From positions 192,001 through 256,000 of the forward strand of contig CAVQUB010000002.1 in NCBI GenBank assembly GCA_963716725.1: a DNA stretch of 64,000 nucleotides, in the 5' to 3' direction. Source of the stretch: an uncultured delta proteobacterium (GTDB taxonomy: Bacteria > Myxococcota_A > Polyangia > Polyangiales > Polyangiaceae). Within the stretch, counting starts at the first letter, position 1, and each line of letters starts with the position of its first letter. Below are positions 20,044-30,587 of this stretch, piece after piece. A program made the translations under genes and the position numbers. Under the pieces are notes generated by a model. It did not search any database and was not told the origin of the DNA. It saw only the letters and a program-made list of their open reading frames with translations.

Positions 20044-20940
20044 ATGTCTAGCAACGAATCGCCCGGTCCCGTTTCAGGTCGCCCCATCTCCGAAGGCGAT
20101 CCCGTCCCCGGCGCGAAGAACGTCGTCTTGGTGATGAGCGGCAAGGGCGGCGTCGGCAAGAGCACCGTCGCGGCCAACCTGACCCTGGCGCTGTCTCGGC
20201 GCGGCTATCGCGTGGGGCTGCTCGACGCCGACATGTACGGCCCGAGCGTGCCGACCATGTTCGGAATCTCCGGCCAGCCCATGACCGACGGCAAACGCAT
20301 CAAGCCCCTCGAGCGCTTCGGTGTGAAGCTCATGAGCATCGGCTTTCTGCTCGACGATCCCAAGGCCGCCATCGTCTGGCGCGGCCCGATGCTGCACGGC
20401 GCCCTGCTGCAGTTCCTGAAAGACGTGGACTGGGGCGAGCTCGACTACCTGCTGCTCGATTTGCCGCCCGGCACCGGCGACGTGGCGCTCACCCTGTCGC
20501 AGCAGCTCCGCACCAACGGCGCGGTCATCGTCACCACCCCCCAAGAGGTCGCGCTGCAAGACGTCTACAAGTCCGTCAGCATGTGCCAGAAGGTCGGCAT
20601 CCCGATCACCGGAGTAGTGGAGAACGAGAGCTACTTCATCTGCGACGGGTGCGACAAACGCCACGAACCCTTCGGGTCCGGAGGGGGCGCAAAGGTCGCG
20701 GAAATGGCCGGGGCCCCCCTGCTCGGGCAGATCCCGATGCACTCCAGCGTGCGCGAGTGGGGTGACGCCGGCACGCCTCTGGTGCAAGCGTCGCCGGGAT
20801 CCGAGGTGGCCAAGGCCTTCGTGGAGCTCGCCGATCGGTTGATCGTGCAGCTCGACCGCGACAACGCCGCGGCCGCCGGAGGAGTGCAGATCGACCGCAG
20901 CGGCGGGGTCAACCGGCACTTGCCAATTTCCAGATCGTGA
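20044..20940 (+). CDS. mrp: Mrp/ApbC/NBP35 Fe-S carrier ATPase
   Basis: SGKGGVGKST, DADMYGPSVP, WRGPM, DLPPGTGD, VVENES...CDGC. Confidence 0.92.
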   Translation: MSSNESPGPVSGRPISEGDPVPGAKNVVLVMSGKGGVGKSTVAANLTLALSRRGYRVGLLDADMYGPSVPTMFGISGQPMTDGKRIKPLERFGVKLMSIGFLLDDPKAAIVWRGPMLHGALLQFLKDVDWGELDYLLLDLPPGTGDVALTLSQQLRTNGAVIVTTPQEVALQDVYKSVSMCQKVGIPITGVVENESYFICDGCDKRHEPFGSGGGAKVAEMAGAPLLGQIPMHSSVREWGDAGTPLVQASPGSEVAKAFVELADRLIVQLDRDNAAAAGGVQIDRSGGVNRHLPISRS

Positions 20941-21033
20941 CCCTGCGATCGCGGCCTCGTGCTTTTCGGGGCAGGCTCTCATTGGCAGGCGCCAAAACAC
21001 GGGCTATAGGGCCGGTCCCCGATCGGGTCCCTC

Positions 21034-22848
21034 ATGTCCTCCGAGATCGAATCCCCCGCCCCCGACTCGCCGCCGAAGGGCGCTGAGTCGGACAATTCTG
21101 GCGCCGAACCAGCCCCCGCAGCGGAAACCTCGCCGGCCGAGGCCAGTGAGCCTCGCCCCGCGCCCGATGTCACGCCGGCGGACGCCGAGGCATCGGCGCC
21201 GTCCGGCGCGAGCGACGCTTCGCCCGAAGTCGAATCCGAGGCCGGTCCCGCGACGGCTGACGAAGGCGACGGCGAGACCGAAGGCGAGACCGAAGGCGAA
21301 GGCGGAGACGCAGACTCGGTCGAAGCCGGCGACGCCGCGCCCGGCGAACCCGGCAAGAAGAAGAAGCGTCGCCGCAAGAAGAAGAAGCCTGGCGCCGCGG
21401 CAGACGGATCCGGGGACGCCTCGGCGCGCGAGGACCGGAGTCGGTCCCATCGGCCCGCCACTGAACGAACTCCCTTCCACGTCGGCGAAGAGGTCTTTGG
21501 CAAGGTCACCGCGGTGCTCGACACGGCGATCATGATCGACCTGGCCGGCAAGGCCTTGGCGATCTTCGATCGCACCGAGATGGAGGCCGACGACCTGGTG
21601 CCGAGCGTCGGCGATCGCTTCGTCGCCCGCGTGCACAACGACGGCGCACGCGGCGGCCTGGTGGTACTGACTCGCAAGCCGCTGCGCGAGGAAGAAATCA
21701 AGCCGGCCGTCGAAGCGGCGTCGAAGGACGGCTCGCTGATCTCGGGCCTGGTCACCGGCGTGATCAAGGGCGGCGTCGAAGTGGACATCGCGGGGTTGCG
21801 CGCCTTCGCTCCCGCCTCCGGCCTCGATCTACACCCGCAAAACGCGAATTTTTCCGGGCTCGTGGGCCAGCACCTCGAGTTCAAGGTCGTCCAATTCAAG
21901 AGCGGCGGCCGGGACGTGGTGGTCTCACGCCGGCCAATGCTCGAGGCAGAGGCCCACGAGCGCAGGAAACACGCGCTGACCCTGCTCACCGAGGGCCAGG
22001 TCCTGAAGGGCGTCGTGCGCACGGTGGTGGAGTGGGGCGCCTTCGTCGCGCTGCCCGAGGCGGAGAATCTCGAAGGCTTGGTGCACATCTCGGAGGCGAG
22101 CCACGACGCGCGCGCCAAGATGAGCGAGCTGGTGCGACCCGGCGAAGAGCTCGAGGTCAAGATCCTCAAGATCGACGAGAAGGCGAAGATCTGGCTCAGC
22201 CGAAAGGCTCTGCTCGAAGACCCCTGGGCTGCCGCCCGCGAGAAATACGCGACAGGCTCCCGCCACAGCGGGAAGGTGCTCCGGGTCTTGGACTTCGGTG
22301 GGTTCGTCGAGCTCGAGCCGGGCGTCGAGGGTCTGATGCACATCTCGGATCTCTCACTCACGCGCATCGAACACGCGAACGAGGTGCTCAAGGAAGGGCA
22401 AGAGATCGAGGCGGTCGTCGCCAGCTTCGATCCCCGCACCAAGAAGATCGCCCTCCACCCGGCGCCGTCGCCCGAGCGCGCCAACGAGGAACCTCAGAAG
22501 GTCACCCGGGGCGCCACGGTCAAGGTCGAGATCCTCAAGCACGAGGCTTCGGGTCTGATCGTGCGCATCCTCGGCGTGACGGGTCGCGGCGCCCGCGGCT
22601 TCTTGCCGGCAGGTCAGACCGGAACGCCCCGCGGCACCGATCTGCGCAAGGGCTTCAAGACGGGCTCGGTGATCGACGTCAGGGTGCTCGAGGTCGATCC
22701 TCGTCGCGGTGAGCCCAAGCTCAGCGTCAAGGCGATGCACGAGGACGAAGAGCGCCGCGCGCACCGCGAGTACCGCCAGCAGCTCCAGCGCGAAGGCGGC
22801 TTCGGCACCCTGGGCGATTTGCTCAAGAAGAAGCTCGAAGGCGGCTGA
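21034..22848 (+). CDS. Multi-S1-domain RNA-binding protein (RpsA-like paralog)
   Basis: About five S1 repeats (AFAPAS, WGAFV...EGLVHISE, FGGFVEL..GVEGLMHIS), C-terminal GFGTLGDLL, long acidic low-complexity N-terminus. Confidence 0.85.
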   Translation: MSSEIESPAPDSPPKGAESDNSGAEPAPAAETSPAEASEPRPAPDVTPADAEASAPSGASDASPEVESEAGPATADEGDGETEGETEGEGGDADSVEAGDAAPGEPGKKKKRRRKKKKPGAAADGSGDASAREDRSRSHRPATERTPFHVGEEVFGKVTAVLDTAIMIDLAGKALAIFDRTEMEADDLVPSVGDRFVARVHNDGARGGLVVLTRKPLREEEIKPAVEAASKDGSLISGLVTGVIKGGVEVDIAGLRAFAPASGLDLHPQNANFSGLVGQHLEFKVVQFKSGGRDVVVSRRPMLEAEAHERRKHALTLLTEGQVLKGVVRTVVEWGAFVALPEAENLEGLVHISEASHDARAKMSELVRPGEELEVKILKIDEKAKIWLSRKALLEDPWAAAREKYATGSRHSGKVLRVLDFGGFVELEPGVEGLMHISDLSLTRIEHANEVLKEGQEIEAVVASFDPRTKKIALHPAPSPERANEEPQKVTRGATVKVEILKHEASGLIVRILGVTGRGARGFLPAGQTGTPRGTDLRKGFKTGSVIDVRVLEVDPRRGEPKLSVKAMHEDEERRAHREYRQQLQREGGFGTLGDLLKKKLEGG

Positions 22849-22856
22849 GCCTCCCT

Positions 22857-24092
22857 TCACTCCCGCCGCAGCGCCACGATGGGATCGAGGCGCGCCGCGC
22901 GCCGTGCGGGGAAGAAGCCGAAGGTCACGCCGAGCGTCGTGCTCGTGACCAGCGCCACCACCAGCGCGTCGGTGGATACCCCCATCTCCCAGCCCAGCGC
23001 CTTGGCGATGGCTCCGACCGCGACGACCGCAAGCAACGCGCCCGCTGCGCCGCCGAGCAGTGACAGCACCACGGCCTCGACCAAGAACTGGAACAAGATG
23101 TCGATCTCGCGAGCGCCGATGGCCAGGCGGATGCCGATCTCGCGGGTGCGCTCGGTGACGCTGACCAGCATGATGTTCATCACGCCGATGCCGCCCACGA
23201 TCAGGCTGACCAAAGCGACGGACAGCAGCAGCGTGCGCAGGGTGCCCAGGATGCCCTCCTGCCGGCGCCGGAAGTCCTCCTGGCTGCGGATGCGGAAGTC
23301 GTTCTCGGCGCCCTCGGTGAGCCCATGACGCTGGCGCAAGATGGCCGTCGCCTGCCGCTCGACCTCGGCGGCCGAGTCCGGCGTCGTGCCTTGCAGCAAG
23401 ATGCGCCCCACCTGACCCGGCAGCGTGGACAGGAGCTTCGCGCGCAGCGTCGCGACCGGCATCAACACCACGTCGTCCTGATCGTTTCCAAAAGGCCCCT
23501 GACCTTTTTCCTCGAGCACGCCCAGGATGCGAAAAGGGTGACGGCCGATGCGCAGCACCTGCCCCACGGGATCTTCGGCGCCGAAGAGGTTGGTCCTCAC
23601 CGACACGCCGATCACGCAGACCTTCTCGCCCATTGTCTCGCTGCTCACGCCCCACAGGGCGCCGGTCGCGATCTTCCAGCGTCGGATGTCGAGGAACGCG
23701 CGCTTGGTCCCGACGATCATGGTGGGCGTGTTTGCATCGCGCCAGGCCACCTGCGCCGAGCTGAACAAGAGCGGCGCCGACTTCTCGACCGCCGGGGCTT
23801 CTTCCGCCAGCGCGTCGGCGTCGGCCTCGGTGAGGACCCCGACCGCTCGCTCATCGCGCACGCCGCTCTTGAGGGTGTCGGCCGGCATCACCATCAGGGC
23901 GTTCTCGCCCATGCTGTCGATGCGACCCGAGATCTGCTGGGTGGCGCCGTCCCCCAACGCCACCACGATGGTGACAGCGGCCACGCCCACGAGGATGCCG
24001 AAGGCGGTCAGGCTCGCGCGGAGCGGGCTGCGCCGGAGCGCCCCGAGGGCGAGCACCAGCGCGGTCCAGGCCGCTCCGAAGACCCTACTCAT
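22857..24092 (-). CDS. MacB/FtsX-type ABC permease
   Basis: LRASLTAFGILVGVAAV, GGIGVMNIMLVSVTERTREIGIRLAIGA, PARRAARLDP. Confidence 0.92.
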   Translation of the reverse strand: MSRVFGAAWTALVLALGALRRSPLRASLTAFGILVGVAAVTIVVALGDGATQQISGRIDSMGENALMVMPADTLKSGVRDERAVGVLTEADADALAEEAPAVEKSAPLLFSSAQVAWRDANTPTMIVGTKRAFLDIRRWKIATGALWGVSSETMGEKVCVIGVSVRTNLFGAEDPVGQVLRIGRHPFRILGVLEEKGQGPFGNDQDDVVLMPVATLRAKLLSTLPGQVGRILLQGTTPDSAAEVERQATAILRQRHGLTEGAENDFRIRSQEDFRRRQEGILGTLRTLLLSVALVSLIVGGIGVMNIMLVSVTERTREIGIRLAIGAREIDILFQFLVEAVVLSLLGGAAGALLAVVAVGAIAKALGWEMGVSTDALVVALVTSTTLGVTFGFFPARRAARLDPIVALRRE

Positions 24093-25304
24093 GGCGCAAC
24101 GCCTCGATGGGATCGAGGTGGGCGGCGCGACGCGCGGGCCAGAAGCCAAAGGTGAGCCCGATGGCGATGCTCGTCCCCAGCGCCACCGCGATGGCCGACC
24201 CGCTGAGCTGCATCGGAAAGCCTAGGTCCTTGGCGAACCCCAGCATCAGCCCGGCCGCCATCGCTATCCCGGCCAAGCCGCCGAACAGGGTCAGCGCGAT
24301 GGATTCCAGCAGGAACTGCCCTTGGATGTCGGCTGGCTTCGCCCCGATGGCCATGCGGATACCGATCTCGCGGGTGCGCTCGGTCACGCCCACCAGCATG
24401 ATGTTCATCACGCCAACGCCGCCCACCAAGAGCGAGATGGCGGCCACCGAGAGCAAGAGCACGGTGAGCACCGTGAAGATGCCCTCCTGCATCTTCTGAA
24501 ACTCCTGCTGCGAACCGATGCGAAAGTCCGGCTCCTCACCCTCGGCGATTTGGTGTCGCTGCATCAAGATTTGCCGCACCTGCCGCTCCGCTTCCGACGA
24601 ATGCTCGGCGCTCTTCGCCGACGCCATCACCAGTTGCACGCGGTCGCCCAGCGTCGGCACCACCCGCGAGCGCCAGGTCCCGATGGGGATCAGGATGCGG
24701 TCGTCCTGATCCTCGAAAGGAGACTGCCCCTTGGAGCGCAGCGTGCCGATGATCCGGAACGGGTGCTTGCCGACCCGAACGTAGCGGCCGATGGGGTCTT
24801 GATTGCCGAACAGCTTCTCCTGGGCAGTAGTGGCGATCAACGCGACTTTGGCCTTGGTCTGCGCCTCGCTCTCGTTGAAGCTCCTCCCAGACTCGACCTC
24901 GTAGCCGCGCACTTCGAAGTAGCTCTCGTCGACCCCCATCACTCCGATCTTGCCGTTGCCGAGCTCGCTGGCCACCTGGGCCTTGACCTCGGAGTAGACG
25001 GTGACCGCGGTCACGGCGGTGGCCTCGCGGCGGATCACCGCGGCGTCACGCTCGGTGAGGCCCATGCCCATGTTGGCTCGGGACTTTGCGCCGCTCTTGG
25101 TCGCCGGCTGCGAGAAGATGAAGATGACGTTGGAGCCGAGGCTCTGGATCTGCTTGTCGATCTCGCCCCGGGCGCCAGAGCCGAGGGCGGCCACGAGCAC
25201 CACCGCGGCCACTCCGATGGCAATGCCCACCGAGGTGAGGGCCGAACGAAGCCGCTGCCGCAGCATGGCGACAATCGCCATTCTCAGCGACGTCGCCAGG
25301 GCGT

Positions 25305-25308
<4 letters not shown>
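24085..25308 (-). CDS. MacB/FtsX-type ABC permease
   Basis: RSALTSVGIAIGVAAV, GGVGVMNIML..VTERTREIGIRMAIGA, PARRAAHLDPIEALRHE. Confidence 0.92.
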
Positions 25309-26030
<722 letters not shown>

Positions 26031-26035
26031 GCGCC

Positions 26036-27334
26036 TCAGAACATGCCGAAGCGTTTCGGCTTCTTCTCTTCGCGTTGCTCGATCACGACGGCCTCGCCGG
26101 CAGCGAGCCCCGCCGGATCGACCAGTTCGGTCCAGACACCGTCCGTGATACCGACACCGACCACGCGATCTTCGACCGTCTCCGCGCCGCGGGCGCCGCC
26201 GGATACGCGATAGATCCGCCCCTTGCCCGGGTCGAGGGGCGGCGGCGGCTTCACCGGCTTGGGTTTGCCTTCCGCGTCCTTCTCGGGGAGCGGCCGGAAG
26301 CGCAGCGCCGCGTTGCGCACAGCCAGGGCGCCCTTGGCTTCGCGGGTGCGCACGGTGACGGTCGCGGTCATGCCGGGCCGCAGCTTCAGCTCGGGGTTGC
26401 CGACCTCGATCACCGCCGAGTAGGTCACCACTCCCTGGACGTTGTTGGGGCTGAAGCGGACCTGGGTGACGGTGCCTTGGAATTTCTGACCCACGAAGGC
26501 GTCGACCACCACCTCGGCCTTCATCTGCTCGCGGATCTTGCCAACGTCGGCCTCGTCGATCTCGGCGAGCACCTGCATCTTCGACAGGTCTTGCGCGATC
26601 ACGAACAGCACCGGCGCTGCGAAGCTCGCCGCCACGGTCTGCCCAGGATCGATGGCTCGATTGACCACCACGCCATCGATAGGCGAGAAGATGCGAGCAT
26701 AAGCCAGCGTCGTGCGCGCTCCGGACAGCTGCGCGCGGATCTGAGAGATCTGCGCCGCGGCGGCGGCAACGTCGGCTTCCGCGACGTCGTGCTCCCCCTG
26801 CGCTTGTTCGACGTCCGCCGGGCTGGCGATGCCCTCTGCCTTCAACCCCTGCAGGCGCTTCAGCGCCGCCTTTGCAGTCACGAGGCGAGCCGCGGAGCGT
26901 TTCGCATTCGCCTGAGCGGCCTTCAGCTGGGCGCCGCTCTGGCTCACCTGCGCCCCGTAGAGTGTCGGATCGATCTCGGCCAAGAGGTCGCCCTTCTTGA
27001 CCGTGCTGTTGAAGTCCACGTGCACCTTCACGATGCGTCCGGAGACCTGTGCGCCCACCTGCACCTCGGTCAGCGGCTTCACGCTGCCGGTGGACTGGAC
27101 TTGCTCCACGACCTCACGCTGCTCCAGCACCTCACTGGCGAAGCGCGGCGCCGGTGGGGGCTCCGTCGCGCGGCGGTACGCACCGATGCCGACGACGGCC
27201 GCGACGAGCACCACCAGCACCACCACCCGGCGGAGCCAGCGCCGGGCACCTTCGGCGCGGAGCTGCTTCTCGAGATCGCGGACCGCGTCGCTCACGACCC
27301 CGGGCTGCGTACCGTTCTGGGACTCATCGCTCAT
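26036..27334 (-). CDS. Efflux periplasmic adaptor subunit (MacA-like)
   Basis: One TM segment, VGAQVSG, VKKGDLLAEID, coiled coil, SPIDGVV, LRPGMTA. Confidence 0.92.
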   Translation of the reverse strand: MSDESQNGTQPGVVSDAVRDLEKQLRAEGARRWLRRVVVLVVLVAAVVGIGAYRRATEPPPAPRFASEVLEQREVVEQVQSTGSVKPLTEVQVGAQVSGRIVKVHVDFNSTVKKGDLLAEIDPTLYGAQVSQSGAQLKAAQANAKRSAARLVTAKAALKRLQGLKAEGIASPADVEQAQGEHDVAEADVAAAAAQISQIRAQLSGARTTLAYARIFSPIDGVVVNRAIDPGQTVAASFAAPVLFVIAQDLSKMQVLAEIDEADVGKIREQMKAEVVVDAFVGQKFQGTVTQVRFSPNNVQGVVTYSAVIEVGNPELKLRPGMTATVTVRTREAKGALAVRNAALRFRPLPEKDAEGKPKPVKPPPPLDPGKGRIYRVSGGARGAETVEDRVVGVGITDGVWTELVDPAGLAAGEAVVIEQREEKKPKRFGMF

Positions 27335-27568
27335 GGGCAGGGCGCCCAGGGTATAGCGCTGGAGGCGACGGGCGGGCGCCAAAGCCCAGGCGCAGGCGCG
27401 CTTCATCTGTATTTCTCTCGTGATCTCAAGGGCTTGGCAGAAGCGACGGGAGAGGCCAAGGCCACACGCCGGCGGTTTGTCCAAGCGCTTGGTGTTGAAC
27501 TATCGTGACCCGTCGTCTTCGCCTTTGCCCGACTCGTTGTTCGGCCAAGGACACCCGCCGGGATCGGC

Positions 27569-28159
27569 ATGTCTCAAAAGAGTGACCGCGAGCTGGTGGA
27601 AGCGGCCCGAAAGGGCGATAGCGAGGCGTTCGGCGTTCTGGTCCGACGCCACCAAAAGCGCATCTACCGCCTCGCCGCCCACCTGTTGCGCGACGGAGCG
27701 GAAGCTGAAGACGTGACTCAAGACACATTCGTCCGGGCGTACGCTGCGCTCGACCGCTTCGACGGCCGTAGCGAGGCGTTTACTTGGATGTATCGGATCG
27801 CCGTGAATCTTTCTTTGAACGCCATTCGCTCGCGCAAGACGAGCCGCAAAGCGACGACGCCGGACGACCCGCGCATCGAAGGCCTCTTGGCCGACAAGAA
27901 GAGCGTCGAGGCAGATCCGGCCCGTCTCGCGGCCGACCGACAGGCAGCGCGGGCCCTGGCCGAAGGCGTCGATCGGCTGAGCGAGACGCTGCGCACGACT
28001 CTGATCTTGGTGGGAGTCGACGGCCTCTCGCACGCCGAGGCCGCCGCTGTACTCGGCTGCCCCGAAGGCACCATCGCTTGGCGCGTGCACGAGGCACGCA
28101 AGAAGCTCCGGGCCCACCTCGAGCAGGCGGGCTACTCTGATGAATCGGGCGACTCATGA
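27569..28159 (+). CDS. ECF RNA polymerase sigma factor
   Basis: AFGVLVRRH, AEDVTQDTF, FTWMYRIAVN, region 4 GLSHAEAAAVLGCPEGT. Confidence 0.93.
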   Translation: MSQKSDRELVEAARKGDSEAFGVLVRRHQKRIYRLAAHLLRDGAEAEDVTQDTFVRAYAALDRFDGRSEAFTWMYRIAVNLSLNAIRSRKTSRKATTPDDPRIEGLLADKKSVEADPARLAADRQAARALAEGVDRLSETLRTTLILVGVDGLSHAEAAAVLGCPEGTIAWRVHEARKKLRAHLEQAGYSDESGDS

Positions 28160-29310
28160 GCAAACCAGACTCAGAAGCGCGGCTGCCAGGTTCCTTCGAC
28201 GCGATGTTGAAGGACTGGCGCATCCCCGAACGCGACGCTGCGTCCTGGGACACCGGTGCCGAGAAGGTCATGGACCGGCTCGAGAACGCATCGGCCGAGG
28301 GCGGTACGGATGTCGCGCTGCTGTCGGCACCGCTGCCCGCGGAGCGCGGCGAGCCCGGATTCAGCGACGAAGCCAGGGGAGACGAGCCGCCACCTCGCAG
28401 CCTGGCCGAGCTCGCACGCATGAGCTTGGCCGCGGGCCCCGCCGATGACGGCGCCGCCGATCTCGCCAAAGAGAGCTTCTCGCTCTCGACCAGCGCGCGA
28501 GCGAGCGCACCAGCCATCGCGGAGCAGGCGCGCACGAGCGCGTCCGCCATGGACCTGTCCGCGGCCGATCGACACAGCGCCGCCCCAGCCGGCCCCGCGG
28601 CTCCCATTCACGCCCTTGCCACCCGTGGTCCGCCGCGATCGGCAGCGGGCCCCCTGGTCATGGCGGGCATCGGGCTGCTTGGTCTCGCGGCCGCCGCCAC
28701 CATCGTTTTCCGCGCCCAGCGCCACGACGCGCCAGTCTCGGTGGCCGCGGCGCCGCCGAGCGCCGCGCCGGTGGCAATGGCAGCTCCCGCGGCAACGAGC
28801 ACGCGCGCCGACGGGGTCGTCAGCATCGATGATCTCGCTCTGAAGGCTGCAGGCGAGTCGCCGGCGGCTGCCCCCGGCGGTGAGAAAGCCGCGCTCAAGG
28901 GCGGTGCCGTCGAGACGAAACCCGCCGAGCCCTCCGCCGCCGCCGGAGCAAAACCCGAGCCCGCCCCGGAGCCCGTCGCCAAGGCCGAAGACAAGAAGGA
29001 CGACGAGGCGGCGAAGCTGATGAAGCCCGCGGCCACCGCCGGTGATCTTCCTGACAAACCTTCCACCGGCGCTGTCCAAGCGGCCATCGGCTCGGTCATG
29101 GGCTCCGCCCGCGCGTGTGTCGCGGGTCACGACGAGGCGTCCCGGGCCACCATCAACTTCGGCTCCGACGGCCGCGTGCAGAGCGTTGCGGTCTCGGGCA
29201 AGGCCGCCGGCACGCCGGCCGAGTCCTGCATCCGAGCGGCGCTGAGCAAGGCCCGGGTCCAGCCCTTCGCTCGGCCGAGCTTCGGCGTCGGCGCCACGGT
29301 TCGGCCCTAG
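28156..29310 (+). CDS. Putative anti-sigma factor: single TM with C-terminal AgmX/PglI (TonB-C-like) domain
   Basis: ATGA overlap with the sigma gene, central TM segment, Pro/Ala linker, ARAC...FGSDGRVQSV...ESCI...VQPF. Confidence 0.6.
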   Translation: MSKPDSEARLPGSFDAMLKDWRIPERDAASWDTGAEKVMDRLENASAEGGTDVALLSAPLPAERGEPGFSDEARGDEPPPRSLAELARMSLAAGPADDGAADLAKESFSLSTSARASAPAIAEQARTSASAMDLSAADRHSAAPAGPAAPIHALATRGPPRSAAGPLVMAGIGLLGLAAAATIVFRAQRHDAPVSVAAAPPSAAPVAMAAPAATSTRADGVVSIDDLALKAAGESPAAAPGGEKAALKGGAVETKPAEPSAAAGAKPEPAPEPVAKAEDKKDDEAAKLMKPAATAGDLPDKPSTGAVQAAIGSVMGSARACVAGHDEASRATINFGSDGRVQSVAVSGKAAGTPAESCIRAALSKARVQPFARPSFGVGATVRP

Positions 29311-29314
29311 TGAG

Positions 29315-29890
29315 TCAGTCCGGATCTTCGCCGAACAACAGGCCCACCCGCAGGACTGCCGCCTCGAAGGGCGGCGCGCTCACGGTTTCGCCCAGCTTGG
29401 CCTGGACCGTCACCGTGTACTCCCCGCGCTCGAGTCGATACACGGTCAGAATTCTCCGCTCGGGATCGCCGATCCAGTAGAACGGCACGGCGCTGGCCGC
29501 GTACACACGGAATTTATCGACCTGGTCGGTCGCGGCGTTGCTGCTGGAGAGGATCTCACACACCCAGTCGGGTCGAATGCGCATCGGGCGTCCGGTGGGA
29601 CGCTCCGGCAGCCGATCGCGGCGCCAACCGCAGACGTCAGGGCGATACACCTCGTGCGCTTGGAGTTCGATGTCGACCTCGGTCAGGATCCACCAGCCGC
29701 CCGGCCCGCCCTCCCCGGTTCGACGATGAAAGTGCTGGCGCAAGAACGCGCCGAGGGCGAGTTGCGCGTCGGCATGCTCGGCGGACGGCGCGGCCTTGTA
29801 CTCCAGCGTTCCTGCGACGATCTCGGCGCTGACGTCGCCGCTGGCCTCGAGGTCGGCGAAGGTCAAGAGGCGCGGCGCGGCGCTGGACAC
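29315..29890 (-). CDS. Uma2 family (PD-(D/E)XK) endonuclease
   Basis: EIVAG...PSAEH, RPDVCGWR, PDWVCEILSSS, VPFYWI.DP. Confidence 0.88.
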   Translation of the reverse strand: MSSAAPRLLTFADLEASGDVSAEIVAGTLEYKAAPSAEHADAQLALGAFLRQHFHRRTGEGGPGGWWILTEVDIELQAHEVYRPDVCGWRRDRLPERPTGRPMRIRPDWVCEILSSSNAATDQVDKFRVYAASAVPFYWIGDPERRILTVYRLERGEYTVTVQAKLGETVSAPPFEAAVLRVGLLFGEDPD

Positions 29891-30003
29891 TTCGCCAGCC
29901 TAGCACCGTCGAAGCGACGGGTCGGGAGGCCGGCGACGGCTTCCGGCCGAAGTCGCGGGCGAGATGGCGAAAAATCACCGAATTCGCCCCGCCCATCCCG
30001 ACG

Positions 30004-30032
30004 TTGACAAGGCGCCCCTCGTCCCGCATATT
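30004..30032 (+). promoter_or_regulatory. Sigma70-type promoter of the small ORF-rpsT operon
   Basis: TTGACA (30004-30009), 17-bp spacer, CATATT (30027-30032). Confidence 0.7.
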
Positions 30033-30081
30033 CCCGCCCCCCTCGGCCGGTCGGCCGCGGTTCCTTCAGAGGTTTCGGAAG

Positions 30082-30246
30082 ATGGTTTCGTCCACGCAGC
30101 AGAGTGAGCGCCGTCGCGCCATCAACACCGCACGCAACGGTCGTTCGCAGAAGCGCGCCCGCGCCAAGGCGACGACGCCCGCGTTCCCCGTCCACCCCGA
30201 GGGCTACGACGCAAAAGCGCCGGACGCCAAGAAGAAGAGCGCCTGA
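30082..30246 (+). CDS. Small basic protein (54 aa) of unknown function
   Basis: MVSSTQQSERRRAINTARNGRSQKRARAKATTPAFPVHPEGYDAKAPDAKKKSA. AGAGG upstream; stop 8 nt before rpsT. Confidence 0.7.
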   Translation: MVSSTQQSERRRAINTARNGRSQKRARAKATTPAFPVHPEGYDAKAPDAKKKSA

Positions 30247-30254
30247 GAGATCCC

Positions 30255-30518
30255 ATGGCGAACCATCCCTCCGCAGAAAAACGTAACCGTCAGCGTCTCG
30301 TTCGCACCGAGCGCAATCGCGCCGCGAAGAGCACCGTCCGTTCGGCCGTGAAGAAGGCCCGTGCAGCCATCGCCACCGGCGACAAGGCCGCGGCCAAGAC
30401 CAGCGTGGCCAGCGCCAGCGTCGCCTTGGCGACCGCGGCGAAGAAGGGCGTCCTGCACGCGAACTCCGCGTCGCGGGTGACCTCGCGCATCCAGACGGCG
30501 CTCGCCAAGCTCGGCTAG
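30255..30518 (+). CDS. rpsT: 30S ribosomal protein S20
   Basis: MANHPSAEKRNRQ...RN...KS...KGVLHANSASRVTSR. Confidence 0.97.
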   Translation: MANHPSAEKRNRQRLVRTERNRAAKSTVRSAVKKARAAIATGDKAAAKTSVASASVALATAAKKGVLHANSASRVTSRIQTALAKLG

Positions 30519-30587
30519 CCACCGCCCGCCGCTTCGGCTGCGTGCTACCATCGCCTCGAGCCGCCCTACCGGCGGCCGGGATGACGC

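Noticed and set aside
27497..27518. ECF autoregulatory promoter GAAC...GTCT
   Set aside because: The 14-nt spacer is shorter than typical; too weak to call.
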